From the NCBI GenBank assembly GCA_051002715.1, contig JBPCMA010000058.1, positions 1-59,564 on the forward strand: DNA of 59,564 nucleotides. Reading direction: 5' to 3'. The notes below the pieces were generated by a model that saw only the letters and a list, made by a program, of their open reading frames with translations, was not told the origin of the DNA and ran no database searches. Each line of letters begins with the position of its first letter. Position 1 is the first letter of the stretch. Positions 47,472 through 56,809 of this stretch are shown piece after piece. The translations under genes and the position numbers were made by a program. The stretch is from Caulobacteraceae bacterium (GTDB lineage: Bacteria > Pseudomonadota > Alphaproteobacteria > Caulobacterales > Caulobacteraceae).

Positions 47472-48532
47472 CGGCCTCCACCGACTTCACCCGGCCGAGC
47501 CGCTCGGAGCTGGTCGCCCGCGACCGCGACGATCTCAACGCCCGCATCCCCCTCGCCGACTCCAACCTGCGCCGCACCCTGCTGGGCGGCGTCGCCACCA
47601 TGCACGCCGGCGGCCTCGACGGGGCCTACGGCTACCTCGCCTACATCGCCGACCAGGTGTTCCCGGGCACCGCCGACAGCGCCCACCTGGGGCGCTGGTC
47701 CTCGTTCTGGGGCATCTTCCCGAAGGATGCGACTGGCTCGGCCGGCCCGGCCGCCGGCACCGGTACTGACGGCATCGTCGTGCTCGCCGGGACCGTCCTC
47801 CAGAGCGGCGCGGGCCTCGATTACAGCACCACCGCCGACGCCACCGTGGCCGGCGGCGTGATCGCCATCGACGTGACCTCCGACACCGCCGGGGCGGCCA
47901 CCGCCCTCGATCCCGGAGTCCAGCTCAACCTGGTCTCGCCGATCCCCGGCGTCTCCTCCCTCTTCGTGGTCGGCGCGCCGGGCGTCCTGGGCGGAACGGA
48001 CGCCGAGACCGACCCCGAGCTTTTCAGCCGCCTGGAAGCGCGAATCCAGACCCCGCCCAGCGGCGGCGGCCCCGGCGACTACGAGGGCTGGGCGCGGCGC
48101 CTTCCCGGCGTCACCCGCGCCTGGGAATTTCCCCTCATCGCCGGCCTTGGCACCGTGGGCCTGGCCTTCGTCTACGACGACCGGCCCGACATCTTCCCCC
48201 TCGCCGGCGACGTGACCGCCATGCAGGCGTGGCTGGAGAGCCTGGCCCCGCTGACCGCCGCCGTCACCGCCTTCGCGCCGCTCGATCTGACGGTGGACTT
48301 CACCATCCACTTGAGCCCCGACACCGCCGACATCCGGGCCGCCGTGACGGCCGAGCTCGGCGACCTCTTCATGCGCGAGGCGGAGCCCGGAAACGATGTG
48401 CTGCGCTCCCACTACGACCAGGCGATCGGCCTGGCCGTTGGGGCCGGCGACTACACCGTCACCGCCCCGGCCGGCGACGTGGTGGCGGCGGCGAACGAGC
48501 TGGCCACCCTCGGCGCGATCACCTGGGTCTGA
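47468..48532 (+). CDS. Baseplate J-like protein (gp47)
   Basis: GGTDAETD, PPSGG..DY..WA, GVTRAW. Confidence 0.93.
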   Translation: MTASTDFTRPSRSELVARDRDDLNARIPLADSNLRRTLLGGVATMHAGGLDGAYGYLAYIADQVFPGTADSAHLGRWSSFWGIFPKDATGSAGPAAGTGTDGIVVLAGTVLQSGAGLDYSTTADATVAGGVIAIDVTSDTAGAATALDPGVQLNLVSPIPGVSSLFVVGAPGVLGGTDAETDPELFSRLEARIQTPPSGGGPGDYEGWARRLPGVTRAWEFPLIAGLGTVGLAFVYDDRPDIFPLAGDVTAMQAWLESLAPLTAAVTAFAPLDLTVDFTIHLSPDTADIRAAVTAELGDLFMREAEPGNDVLRSHYDQAIGLAVGAGDYTVTAPAGDVVAAANELATLGAITWV

Positions 48533-49083
48533 TGGCCAGAACCGCCGCCCAGTATCAGGACGCCCTCCTGCGGATGCTCCCGCCGGGCAAGGCGTGGCCG
48601 CGCGACCCGGCGTCCACCATGGGCCTGCTGGCCCTCGGCCTCGCCGACGAGTTCGCCCGTCTCGACCAGCGCGGTCTCGACCTCATCGAGGAGGCTGACC
48701 CGCGCACCACTCTGGAGCTGCTCGGCGACTGGGAGACGACCGCCGGCCTGCCCGACCCGGCGGTCGCGCCGCCGGTCGCCCTGGACCACCGCCGCGCCGT
48801 CCTCCACGACCGCCTGGTGAACCTCGCCGGCCAGAGCGCCGCCGACTACGTCGCCCTCGCCCTGCGTTTCGGCTATCCGGCGACGGTCACCGTCCACACG
48901 CCTTTCGCGGCCGACGTGAGCCACGCCGACGACCCGCTCTACGACGACCTGAGCCGCTTCTGGTGGGAACTCAACGTCACCGTTCCGATCGGCACCGTGA
49001 CGCCCCTCGTTCTGCTCGAACACGCGGTGCGGCGGGTCAACCAGCTACACACCTTCGTCACCTTCAACTACTTTTCCGTGTGA
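48532..49083 (+). CDS. gp48/YmfQ (DUF2313)
   Basis: LPPGKAW, EADPRTT.ELL.DWE...GLP. Confidence 0.9.
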   Translation: MARTAAQYQDALLRMLPPGKAWPRDPASTMGLLALGLADEFARLDQRGLDLIEEADPRTTLELLGDWETTAGLPDPAVAPPVALDHRRAVLHDRLVNLAGQSAADYVALALRFGYPATVTVHTPFAADVSHADDPLYDDLSRFWWELNVTVPIGTVTPLVLLEHAVRRVNQLHTFVTFNYFSV

Positions 49084-49091
49084 GGCCAAAA

Positions 49092-50069
49092 ATGCATCGC
49101 ATCGACACGCCGGGAAACGTGGCCGGACTCTTCGCCCCGCCGGACCCGGTGCACGGCCAGGTCGCCGTCATCGTCGATTCGGCCTGGCTCAACGATCTCC
49201 AGGAGAACATCATGGGGGTGCTGGCCGGCGCGGGGATCGCGCCGGTCAAGGGCGATTACACCCAGCTCGACGCCGCGATCGACATTCTGATCAGCGGCGG
49301 CACGACGCGCCGGTCGCTGACCGCCAACAGGACCTTCTACGTCGCTCCGGCCGGCAATGACGCCCATGACGGCCTGACCCTCGGGACCGCCTGGCTCACC
49401 ATCCAACACGCCGTCGACACCCTTCTGGCCGGCTGGGATATGGCCGGGTTCACCGCGACGATCCAATGCGCCGCCGGCGCCTACAACGCCCCGGTCGGCG
49501 TCCGCGCCCCCTTCGTCGGGGCGGGAAGCGGCGGCGTCGTCCTCCAGGGCGACACGGCCACACCGGCCAACTGCACCATCACCACCGGGGCTGGCTTCGA
49601 TTCGATCAACTGCCTGAACGGCGCGGTCCTGCGGGTCCAGGGCTTCACGGTGGCCTCGGCCCAGTCCGGCCTCGCCGCGCAGCTCGGCGGCGTGCTGGAA
49701 TTCGAGGCGATCGCCTTCGGGGCCTGCGTCGATCACCTGCACTCGAACTTCGGCGGCTCGATCCTGGCGATCGGCGCCTATTCGGTGGTCGCCGGCGCCG
49801 ACCACCACGCCCAGGCCTTCGGCGGCCAGGTGAACCTCCAGGACACTACCATCACCCTGACCGGGACGCCGGCCTTCACCGCCGAGTTCCTCTACGCCGA
49901 CGCCCTGGGCGTGGTGTTCGCCCAGTCGCTCGCCTTCTCCGGGACCGGCAGCGGGTCCGGGTGGCTCGCCGCCAGGAACGGCTACGTCGACACCGACGGC
50001 ACCAGCGCCGCCATCACCGGGGCCGGCTTTACCGCCGGTTCGACCTCCGGCGGCGGCATCTTCAGCTAA
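49092..50069 (+). CDS. Tail fiber/receptor-binding protein (325 aa)
   Basis: MHRIDT...WLNDLQE baseplate-attachment motif; FYVAPAGND...TIQHA beta-helix-like region. Confidence 0.85.
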   Translation: MHRIDTPGNVAGLFAPPDPVHGQVAVIVDSAWLNDLQENIMGVLAGAGIAPVKGDYTQLDAAIDILISGGTTRRSLTANRTFYVAPAGNDAHDGLTLGTAWLTIQHAVDTLLAGWDMAGFTATIQCAAGAYNAPVGVRAPFVGAGSGGVVLQGDTATPANCTITTGAGFDSINCLNGAVLRVQGFTVASAQSGLAAQLGGVLEFEAIAFGACVDHLHSNFGGSILAIGAYSVVAGADHHAQAFGGQVNLQDTTITLTGTPAFTAEFLYADALGVVFAQSLAFSGTGSGSGWLAARNGYVDTDGTSAAITGAGFTAGSTSGGGIFS

Positions 50070-50211
50070 CCCCTTCTCACCAGAAGAGAGGGGGGCGACG
50101 GCGTTGCACCGCCTTCGCCGCGGGACTGGAACCCCGCACCCCGCCCGGCCGCGGCCGGGCAAAGTCCCCCCACCGGGCGCGCCGGCGGGGGCAAGGTGAG
50201 GCCGAATTCAC

Positions 50212-51012
50212 ATGGAGTCGACTCCTCTCATGGCCGTGCGGCCGGCCAGGCCAGCGGCCGGCTACGTCGGTGGCAAACGCAGCCTCTCGCGCCGCCTCGT
50301 CCCCATGATCGGGGCCATCGACCACACCCTCTACGCCGAGCCGTTCGTCGGCATGGGCGGCGTATTCCTGCGCCGCGACAGCCGGCCGCGCTGCGAGGTG
50401 ATCAACGACTGGTCGCTGGACGTGGCCACGTTCTTCCGCATCCTCCGGCGCCACTACGTGCCCTTCATGGACATGCTGCGCTTCCAGCTCACCACAAGGG
50501 AAGGGTTCGAACGGTTGATGAAGGTCGAGCCGGACACGCTCACCGACCTGGAGAGGGCGGCCCGCTTTCTCTACCTGCAGCGGGTCGCCTACGGGGGCAA
50601 GGTGGCGGGCCGCAACTTCGGCGGCCAATATCTGGGACCGGCCCGCTTCGACATCACCCGCCTCGCCCCGGTCCTCGAAGAGGTGCATGCCAGGCTGGCC
50701 GGCGTCGTCATCGAGCGCCTGCCCTACGGCGACTTCATCCGGCGCTACGACCGGCCGGGCACCCTCTTCTTTATCGACCCGCCGTATTTCGGGTGCGAGG
50801 ACATCTACGGGGAGGGCATGTTCTCAGAGGCCGATTTCGAGCGTCTAAGCGGCCTCTTGGAGGCCCTTCAGGGCCGCTTCATCCTGACCCTCGGCGATCA
50901 CCCGAGGATTCGCGCCATCTTCGCGCGCTTCGACATCGAGCCGGTCACCCTGACCTACCGCCTCAGCGGCCCTCCAACCGTCGGCCGGGAACTGATAATC
51001 ACCGGCCCATGA
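50212..51012 (+). CDS. D12-class DNA adenine methyltransferase (at the mom position)
   Basis: YVGGK, YAEPFVGMGGVF, EVIND, FFIDPPY. Confidence 0.93.
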   Translation: MESTPLMAVRPARPAAGYVGGKRSLSRRLVPMIGAIDHTLYAEPFVGMGGVFLRRDSRPRCEVINDWSLDVATFFRILRRHYVPFMDMLRFQLTTREGFERLMKVEPDTLTDLERAARFLYLQRVAYGGKVAGRNFGGQYLGPARFDITRLAPVLEEVHARLAGVVIERLPYGDFIRRYDRPGTLFFIDPPYFGCEDIYGEGMFSEADFERLSGLLEALQGRFILTLGDHPRIRAIFARFDIEPVTLTYRLSGPPTVGRELIITGP

Positions 51013-51045
51013 AAGCCATGTTGCGGCGCCGTGCTACAAAATCGA

Positions 51046-51095
51046 GTGCTCCAGAAGCTCTTGTCCCTGACTCCAGAACCTCTTGTCCCGCTACA
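51046..51095 (-). repeat. Right-end transposase sites R1 and R2 (22-bp period)
   Basis: Reverse complement reads TGTAGCGGGACAAGAGGTTCTGGAGTC then AGGGACAAGAGCTTCTGGAGCAC. Confidence 0.9.
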
Positions 51096-51538
51096 CCGGG
51101 CAGGTCGTTGATGCCCAGCCCGGCGGCCCGGCGCCCATCCTCTTCGCTCTGGTCGAGGGTGACGACCTGATCCTGCTCGTACTGGTCGAAGCTCAGGTGC
51201 CCGGAACTCGACACCTTGCCGTCGTTGCCCCTGGCCCCGCCGAAGGTCAGGCCGCCGTTTTCGGTGCCCTCGTCATTGTAGAACAGAATTCCCGCCGTGC
51301 TGCGATTGGGATGCGGATATTCCTTGCCCTTGAAAATGGCGCCGGGGAAATGGGATTTGTTGGCGATGACCATGCGAAGCGTGCCGTCGTTCTCGCGCAG
51401 GTTGATCCGGTGCACGTCGATCTCGTCGAAGGCCTGGCGGGTCGTATCGCTGATGGCGTGCGTCGCGGTGACGCTGGCGACGATGGTGGTCAGCACGACG
51501 CAGTAGCCGAGCAGAAACCTGTTCAAGGAAATCGCCAT
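51096..51538 (-). pseudogene. 5' part of the host gene interrupted by the prophage
   Basis: MAISLNRFLL...FDEIDVHRINL...FDQYEQDQ...INDLPG; paralog of 53509 and 54231. Confidence 0.9.
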
Positions 51539-51746
51539 CGCCCCGCTCTCCAATCCCGCGCCGCGCTTGCCATGGCGCTCAACCCCAACGATGGCGCCGT
51601 GGGCGCAATCCGCCAACCGAAGGCTCGGCATTACGAATATTTAACGCGCGGGCCGCGCGATTCATCCCTGGCGCAATGGCGGAATGGCACGGCTCGGCGC
51701 TCAAGTCTCATGACGCGAACGAACAAGTCCGGCGCATGGGGGCGGC

Positions 51747-53486
51747 ATGGGAGAGGCCACGATCCGCGGTTCGGCGAAGGTCGGCCACCCCGCGCGGGTC
51801 GGCCGGGGCGCCGCTGGCCGCGATTTAGCTCTGGCCTGTTCGGCCTTCGCCGCCGCCCTGATCCTCGCCTCGGGGGCCGCGGCCCAGCCGGCGACGAAAT
51901 TGGAAGCCACCGTCTCGCCGCAAGCTGCCGGCGGCCTCGTCACCGGCCGCCTGGTCGTGGCCGTCGCCACCCAACCGGCGCCCGAGCCGCGCAAGGCCAT
52001 GGGCCTCAACGGCCCCGCCATCTTCGGCGCCAACGTCGATCGGATGGCGGCCGGGCAATGGGCGAGCGTGGACGCTTCAGCCCGCGCGTTTCCGATCGCC
52101 GACCTGGGCGCTCTGCCGGCCGGCGATTACTATGTCCAGGCGGTTCTCATCCGCTACGATCAGGTCCGTCGCGCCGACGGCCACGTGATCTGGGTTCCGA
52201 CCCACCACGACGGTCATGTTCCCTTCTTCGAGTTGGCCGGCGATCTCTACAGCGACGTCCAGAAGGTTCACCTCGATCCCGCGCGCGGATTCGACGTCAA
52301 GATGACTCTGGCGCACGTGATCCCCCCACCGCCGCCGCCGGTCGATACGCCGTGGATCAAGCACGTGCGGATCAAGAGCGAACTCCTGACCCGGTTTTGG
52401 GGAACCCCGACCTATCTGAGCGCGGCCGTCCTGTTGCCCCGAGGCTATGACGACCATCCGCGCGCCCATTATCCGGCCGTCTACGCCAACAGTCACAGCG
52501 AGACGCCCTATTCCTTCAGTTTCACGCCGCCGACGGCCGAGGAGATCGCCGACGCCAAGGCCTCCAACGTCCAGACCGGATATGACTTCCAGAAGACCTG
52601 GCTGTCGGACGGCTATCCCCGCTTCGTCGCCATCGCGCCCTTCGAATCCAGCCCCTACTTCCTCGAAGCCTATGCGGTGGATTCGGTCAACAACGGGCCC
52701 TACGGCCAGGCCATCACCACCGAACTCATTCCCTACCTGGAGAAAACCTTCCGCCTGATTCCCAAACCCTACGCGAGATTCGTCCAAGGCGCCTCCACCG
52801 GCGGCTGGGAGACCTTGGCCCTGCAGCTTAAATATCCGGATTTCTTCGGCGGCGCCTGGGTCTACAACCCAGACCCCATCAGTTTTACCCATTGGCAGAC
52901 GGCCGACATCTACAAGGACGACAACCTCTTTTCGGTCGCCTATAGCCCCCTGTTGAGCGTGGAGCGGCCGTTTCGGCGATCCACCGACGGGACGCCCTCG
53001 TTCACCCAGCGCCAGTTGGCTCAGTTCGAGGCGGTTCAGGGCGACCACCGCCGCTCGGGCATGCAGCTTGCCATCTGGGAAGCGACCTATGGGCCGGTCG
53101 GGGCCGACGGCTACCCGGTCGCGCTGTTCGACGATCGGACCGGCAAGATCGATCATGGCGTGGCCGACTACATGCGCGCGCATGGCTATGACCTGACCGA
53201 GTACGCGCGAGACAACTGGGCCACGCTGGGACCCAAGTTGGCGGGCAAACTCAATTTCATCTCCGGCGAGATGGATAACTTCTACCTCAATCTCGGGGTC
53301 TACGACTTCGAGGCCATGGTGAAGGCGGTGGCCGGCCCCGGCTATCCGATCCGGTTCGTCTACGGCCGCCCCGAGAAGGGTCACAACTGGCACCACAAGG
53401 ATTTCTCCGCGATGATCCGCGAGATGGCCGAGCAGGCGAAGAGGACGGCGCCCGCCGGCGAGGACACGGGCCAATGGAACTACTGA
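51747..53486 (+). CDS. Exported esterase-family alpha/beta hydrolase
   Basis: Signal-like segment, GASTGG nucleophile, GEMDNFYL, KGHNW; start uncertain. Confidence 0.8.
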   Translation: MGEATIRGSAKVGHPARVGRGAAGRDLALACSAFAAALILASGAAAQPATKLEATVSPQAAGGLVTGRLVVAVATQPAPEPRKAMGLNGPAIFGANVDRMAAGQWASVDASARAFPIADLGALPAGDYYVQAVLIRYDQVRRADGHVIWVPTHHDGHVPFFELAGDLYSDVQKVHLDPARGFDVKMTLAHVIPPPPPPVDTPWIKHVRIKSELLTRFWGTPTYLSAAVLLPRGYDDHPRAHYPAVYANSHSETPYSFSFTPPTAEEIADAKASNVQTGYDFQKTWLSDGYPRFVAIAPFESSPYFLEAYAVDSVNNGPYGQAITTELIPYLEKTFRLIPKPYARFVQGASTGGWETLALQLKYPDFFGGAWVYNPDPISFTHWQTADIYKDDNLFSVAYSPLLSVERPFRRSTDGTPSFTQRQLAQFEAVQGDHRRSGMQLAIWEATYGPVGADGYPVALFDDRTGKIDHGVADYMRAHGYDLTEYARDNWATLGPKLAGKLNFISGEMDNFYLNLGVYDFEAMVKAVAGPGYPIRFVYGRPEKGHNWHHKDFSAMIREMAEQAKRTAPAGEDTGQWNY

Positions 53487-53508
53487 CGAACTTCGGGAGC
53501 GGAACGCC

Positions 53509-54234
53509 ATGATCAGGACTTTGCGCGGCTACGGGCTGTTCGCCTGGCTCGGCGTGGTCAGCGTGGCGCTGCTGTTGCTGTTCTGGGGACGCGCCCATTC
53601 GGGCGCCCAGGTGGCGACGTTCGATCAGATCACCGTCCACAGGCTCAACGTGGTCGAACCCGACGGCAAGCCGCGCGTGATCATCTCGGCCCGCGCCGGA
53701 TTTCCGGGCCTCTACTGGGAGGGCAAGGAATACCGGCACGCGACGCGCGACCAGGGCGGCATCCTGTTCTTCAACGACGACGGCACCGAGGCGGGCGGCA
53801 TCGGCTTTGGCGATCGGCGGCAAGGTGATCATTATTCGGCGGACGCCCTGTTCGCCTTCGACCAGTATCGTCAGGATCAGACGGTGGGGCTCTCCTACCG
53901 CGACGAGGACGGCCAGCGCGCGGCGGGCCTGCGCGTCTGGGACCGGCCCGATCAATCGATTCTGCCGGCCATCGAGTTGAGCGACAAGATGGCCCGCGCC
54001 ACGACCCCGGAGGAAAAGGCGGCGATCCGGGCTCAGATGAGCGTGCTGGCCGCCAAATGGGGGCCGTCCGGCGAGCGGCTGTTCGCCGGCAAGGTCCAGC
54101 GGGACGCCATCGTGCGACTGGCGGACGCGCGCGGCCGCGCCCGCCTGGTGCTGAAGGTCGACGCGGCGGGCGATCCCAGCCTCGAGTTTCTCGACGCGGC
54201 GGGCAAGGTCGTCAAACGCATCGACGCCAGATGA
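53509..54234 (+). CDS. Membrane-anchored beta-rich hypothetical protein (paralog 2)
   Basis: N-terminal TM; FDQITVHRLNVVEPDGKPR, FFNDDGTEAGG, FDQYRQDQ. Confidence 0.85.
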   Translation: MIRTLRGYGLFAWLGVVSVALLLLFWGRAHSGAQVATFDQITVHRLNVVEPDGKPRVIISARAGFPGLYWEGKEYRHATRDQGGILFFNDDGTEAGGIGFGDRRQGDHYSADALFAFDQYRQDQTVGLSYRDEDGQRAAGLRVWDRPDQSILPAIELSDKMARATTPEEKAAIRAQMSVLAAKWGPSGERLFAGKVQRDAIVRLADARGRARLVLKVDAAGDPSLEFLDAAGKVVKRIDAR

Positions 54235-54947
54235 CGGCGAGAAAAGCCCTCGCTTGCATTTGGCTGGCCGCGATCAGCCTGGGCGTGGCGTTGCTCTGGG
54301 GCGAAGCGCTATCCGGCCCGGCCGTCGGGACCTTCGATCAGATCACCGTGCGCCGGATCAATGTGGTCGAGCCCGACGGCAAGCCTCGCATGATCGTCTC
54401 CGACCGCGCCGAGTTTCCAGGCCTCTTTTGGGGCGGGAGGGAATACCGGCATCACAACCGCGACACAGGCGGCTTCCTGTTCTTTAACGACGACGGGGAT
54501 GAAGACGGGGGAATGACCTTCTCCAATCGGCGCGAGGGCGGTCACTACACGGCCGAGTCCGGTATCGACTTCGATCAGTTCAAACAGGACCAGACGGTCG
54601 GGCTCGACTACGCCGAACAAGACGGCGTCCGCGCGGCGGGGCTGAAGGTGTGGGATCGCCCCGATCAGTCGCTGTTTCCGGTCATCGAGCTGAGCGATCA
54701 GGCCGCGCACGCCTCCACCGACGCCGAAAAGGCGGCCATCCGCCAGAAAATGAAAGATCTGGTGGTCAGTTATGGCCACTTCGGCCAACGCCTGTTCGCC
54801 GGCAAGGAAGGCCATGACGCCGTGGTTCGCCTCGCCGACGGGCAAGGCCGCCCGCGCCTGGTCATGAGGGTCGGCCCCTTTGGCGAAGCGAGCGTTGATT
54901 TCCTCGACGGGGGCGGAAAGGTGGTGAAGCACATCACGGGGACGTAA
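54231..54947 (+). CDS. Membrane-anchored beta-rich hypothetical protein (paralog 3)
   Basis: ATGA coupling; closely similar to 53509-54234. Confidence 0.85.
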   Translation: MTARKALACIWLAAISLGVALLWGEALSGPAVGTFDQITVRRINVVEPDGKPRMIVSDRAEFPGLFWGGREYRHHNRDTGGFLFFNDDGDEDGGMTFSNRREGGHYTAESGIDFDQFKQDQTVGLDYAEQDGVRAAGLKVWDRPDQSLFPVIELSDQAAHASTDAEKAAIRQKMKDLVVSYGHFGQRLFAGKEGHDAVVRLADGQGRPRLVMRVGPFGEASVDFLDGGGKVVKHITGT

Positions 54948-55162
54948 GGGGGGCCACGGAGGAGCGAGACTTTGGCGAAAGCCTTACTCGTGAATGAACG
55001 TCACGCTTTTTCATGGTCGCCGAATTTCACTCGGCGATCCTCGGTGACTCTTGATTTTCCATTTAGTATAAGTTGTATTTAATTCTACCTTACTAACGCC
55101 GTCGGTAAATTCTCTTGAGCGCGACACTTGACATCGCGTCACAAACCTGTCGCGATCACGTG

Positions 55163-55738
55163 ATGGACCGTAACGAACGCGTTCGCTGGTTCGCGCGCGA
55201 GGTGCTTCCTCACGAGAGCGCCGTGCGCCAGTGGCTGACGCGGAATGTGCGGAGTCTGCCCGGTTGCGATATCGACGAGGTGATTCAGGAGGCTTACGCC
55301 CGCCTGTGGGCCGCCGAGTGCGATAAAATCCTCAACCCGAGAGCCTATTTTTTCGTGACGGCGCGTCACCTTGTGGGCGAAGTCCTGCGCCGATCCCGCA
55401 TCGTGGAAATCAAGACGATGGCGGATATCGACGCCCTGAACATCGTAGACGACGATGGTGGCCCCGAGCGCCGGCTCAGCGGTCGCGAAGAGGTCGAGCG
55501 TTTTCGGCATGTGCTGGCGAGCATCCCGCCCAAGTGTCGCGAGGCGTTCGAACTGCGTAAATTCGACGGGCTCTCTCAACGCGAGATAGCCGGCCGAATG
55601 GGTATTGCGGAAAGCACCGTCGAAAAGCATCTGTCCAAGGCCCTGCGCCTGGTGATCAAGGAAATGACGGCGGCGCCGTTCGACGGCGAGCCGAACTGGA
55701 GCAATCGAGCGTATGACCCGCGCCGCAAAAAGCGCTGA
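55163..55738 (+). CDS. ECF sigma factor (FecI-like)
   Basis: WFAREVLPHE, DEVIQEAY, LSQREIA..MGIAESTVEKH. Confidence 0.92.
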   Translation: MDRNERVRWFAREVLPHESAVRQWLTRNVRSLPGCDIDEVIQEAYARLWAAECDKILNPRAYFFVTARHLVGEVLRRSRIVEIKTMADIDALNIVDDDGGPERRLSGREEVERFRHVLASIPPKCREAFELRKFDGLSQREIAGRMGIAESTVEKHLSKALRLVIKEMTAAPFDGEPNWSNRAYDPRRKKR

Positions 55739-56711
55739 CGTCGATGCCGAAGCCGCCCTTTGGGCCGTGCGGCTCGAGGCGGGAGATCTAAGCGACGCCG
55801 CCGGCCACGACCTGGAGATCTGGCTGGAGCGCGACGTGCGTCACGTCGGCGCTCTGGTTCGGGCGCAGGCCGTATGGATCGACCTAGATCGGGTCGCCGC
55901 CCTGAACGCGGGCGTCGAACGCACGGCCGGGCGTGGAAGAGAGCGTCGCCGGCCGCGCCGATTCGCCCTCTGGAAAGCCCACCGCCCCTCTCCGAGTCAA
56001 TGGGCCGCGGCGGCGGCTTCGCTGGCCGTGTGCATGGCCTCGATCGGCCTTTACGATCATTTCGACGGGCGCATAGCGGCCAATCGCGGCGAGGTGCGGC
56101 GCGTCGCCCTGGACGACGGCTCGACCGTGATCCTCGACAGCGCCTCGGTGGTGCAGGTCAAGTTCAGCGGCGCCGAGCGGACCGTCTTCCTGCGCCGCGG
56201 CGAGGCCTCGTTCCAGGTGGCCCACAACAAGGCCCGCCCGTTCGTCGTCCACGCCGGGGACCTCGCGGTGCGCGCGGTGGGAACCAATTTCGCCGTGAGC
56301 CTGCAACCGGATCGCGTCGCGGTCACGGTCGCCGAAGGCGTGGTCGAGGTGAAGAAGATTGTCGGTCATGCCCCCGCGGAGCGCCGGCTCGTCGGCCGCG
56401 ACGAGGAGCTTGTCGCCTCCGCCGCCCGGCCGATGAAGTCTTCGGCGATCGCCGAGGCCGATCTGGCGCGCGAACTTGCCTGGCGCGACGGGATGCTCAT
56501 CTTCAGCGGCCAAAAAATCGCGCAAGCGGCGGTCGAGGTGAACCGCTACGCGCGGCGGCCGGTGGTGATCGACGATCCCGATCTCGAGGGTGACGCCTTC
56601 GTCGGCGTGTTTCGCCTGGGGGACTCCAGGGCCTTCGCCGATTCCGCCGCCGCCGCCTACAACGACGAGGTGGTGGAGCGGGACGGCGGCTTGCATATCG
56701 TGGCGCGCTGA
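55713..56711 (+). CDS. FecR-family anti-sigma factor
   Basis: EAALWAVRL, LDDGS, GEASFQVAH, AVGTNF, AWRDGML. Confidence 0.92.
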   Translation: MTRAAKSADVDAEAALWAVRLEAGDLSDAAGHDLEIWLERDVRHVGALVRAQAVWIDLDRVAALNAGVERTAGRGRERRRPRRFALWKAHRPSPSQWAAAAASLAVCMASIGLYDHFDGRIAANRGEVRRVALDDGSTVILDSASVVQVKFSGAERTVFLRRGEASFQVAHNKARPFVVHAGDLAVRAVGTNFAVSLQPDRVAVTVAEGVVEVKKIVGHAPAERRLVGRDEELVASAARPMKSSAIAEADLARELAWRDGMLIFSGQKIAQAAVEVNRYARRPVVIDDPDLEGDAFVGVFRLGDSRAFADSAAAAYNDEVVERDGGLHIVAR

Positions 56712-56809
56712 GAGTTTTGCCGCCCGGATGGTGGATTTTCGCGGCCGGCCCATCATCGCCATAGGAGGTCGCCGGATCACTCGCCGCGACCCGATGGGGA
56801 GGGCAATCC

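Larger units (their letters stand above)
9616..51095 (+). mobile_element. Complete Mu-like transposable prophage (myovirus-type tail), 41,480 bp
   Basis: TGT...ACA termini, CCGGG duplication at 9611-9615 and 51096-51100, MuA/MuB, Mor, full Mu head and tail gene order. Confidence 0.97.

Noticed and set aside
49092-50211. Invertible tail-fiber segment or diversity-generating retroelement
   Set aside because: No invertase, reverse transcriptase, second fiber gene or template repeat was seen
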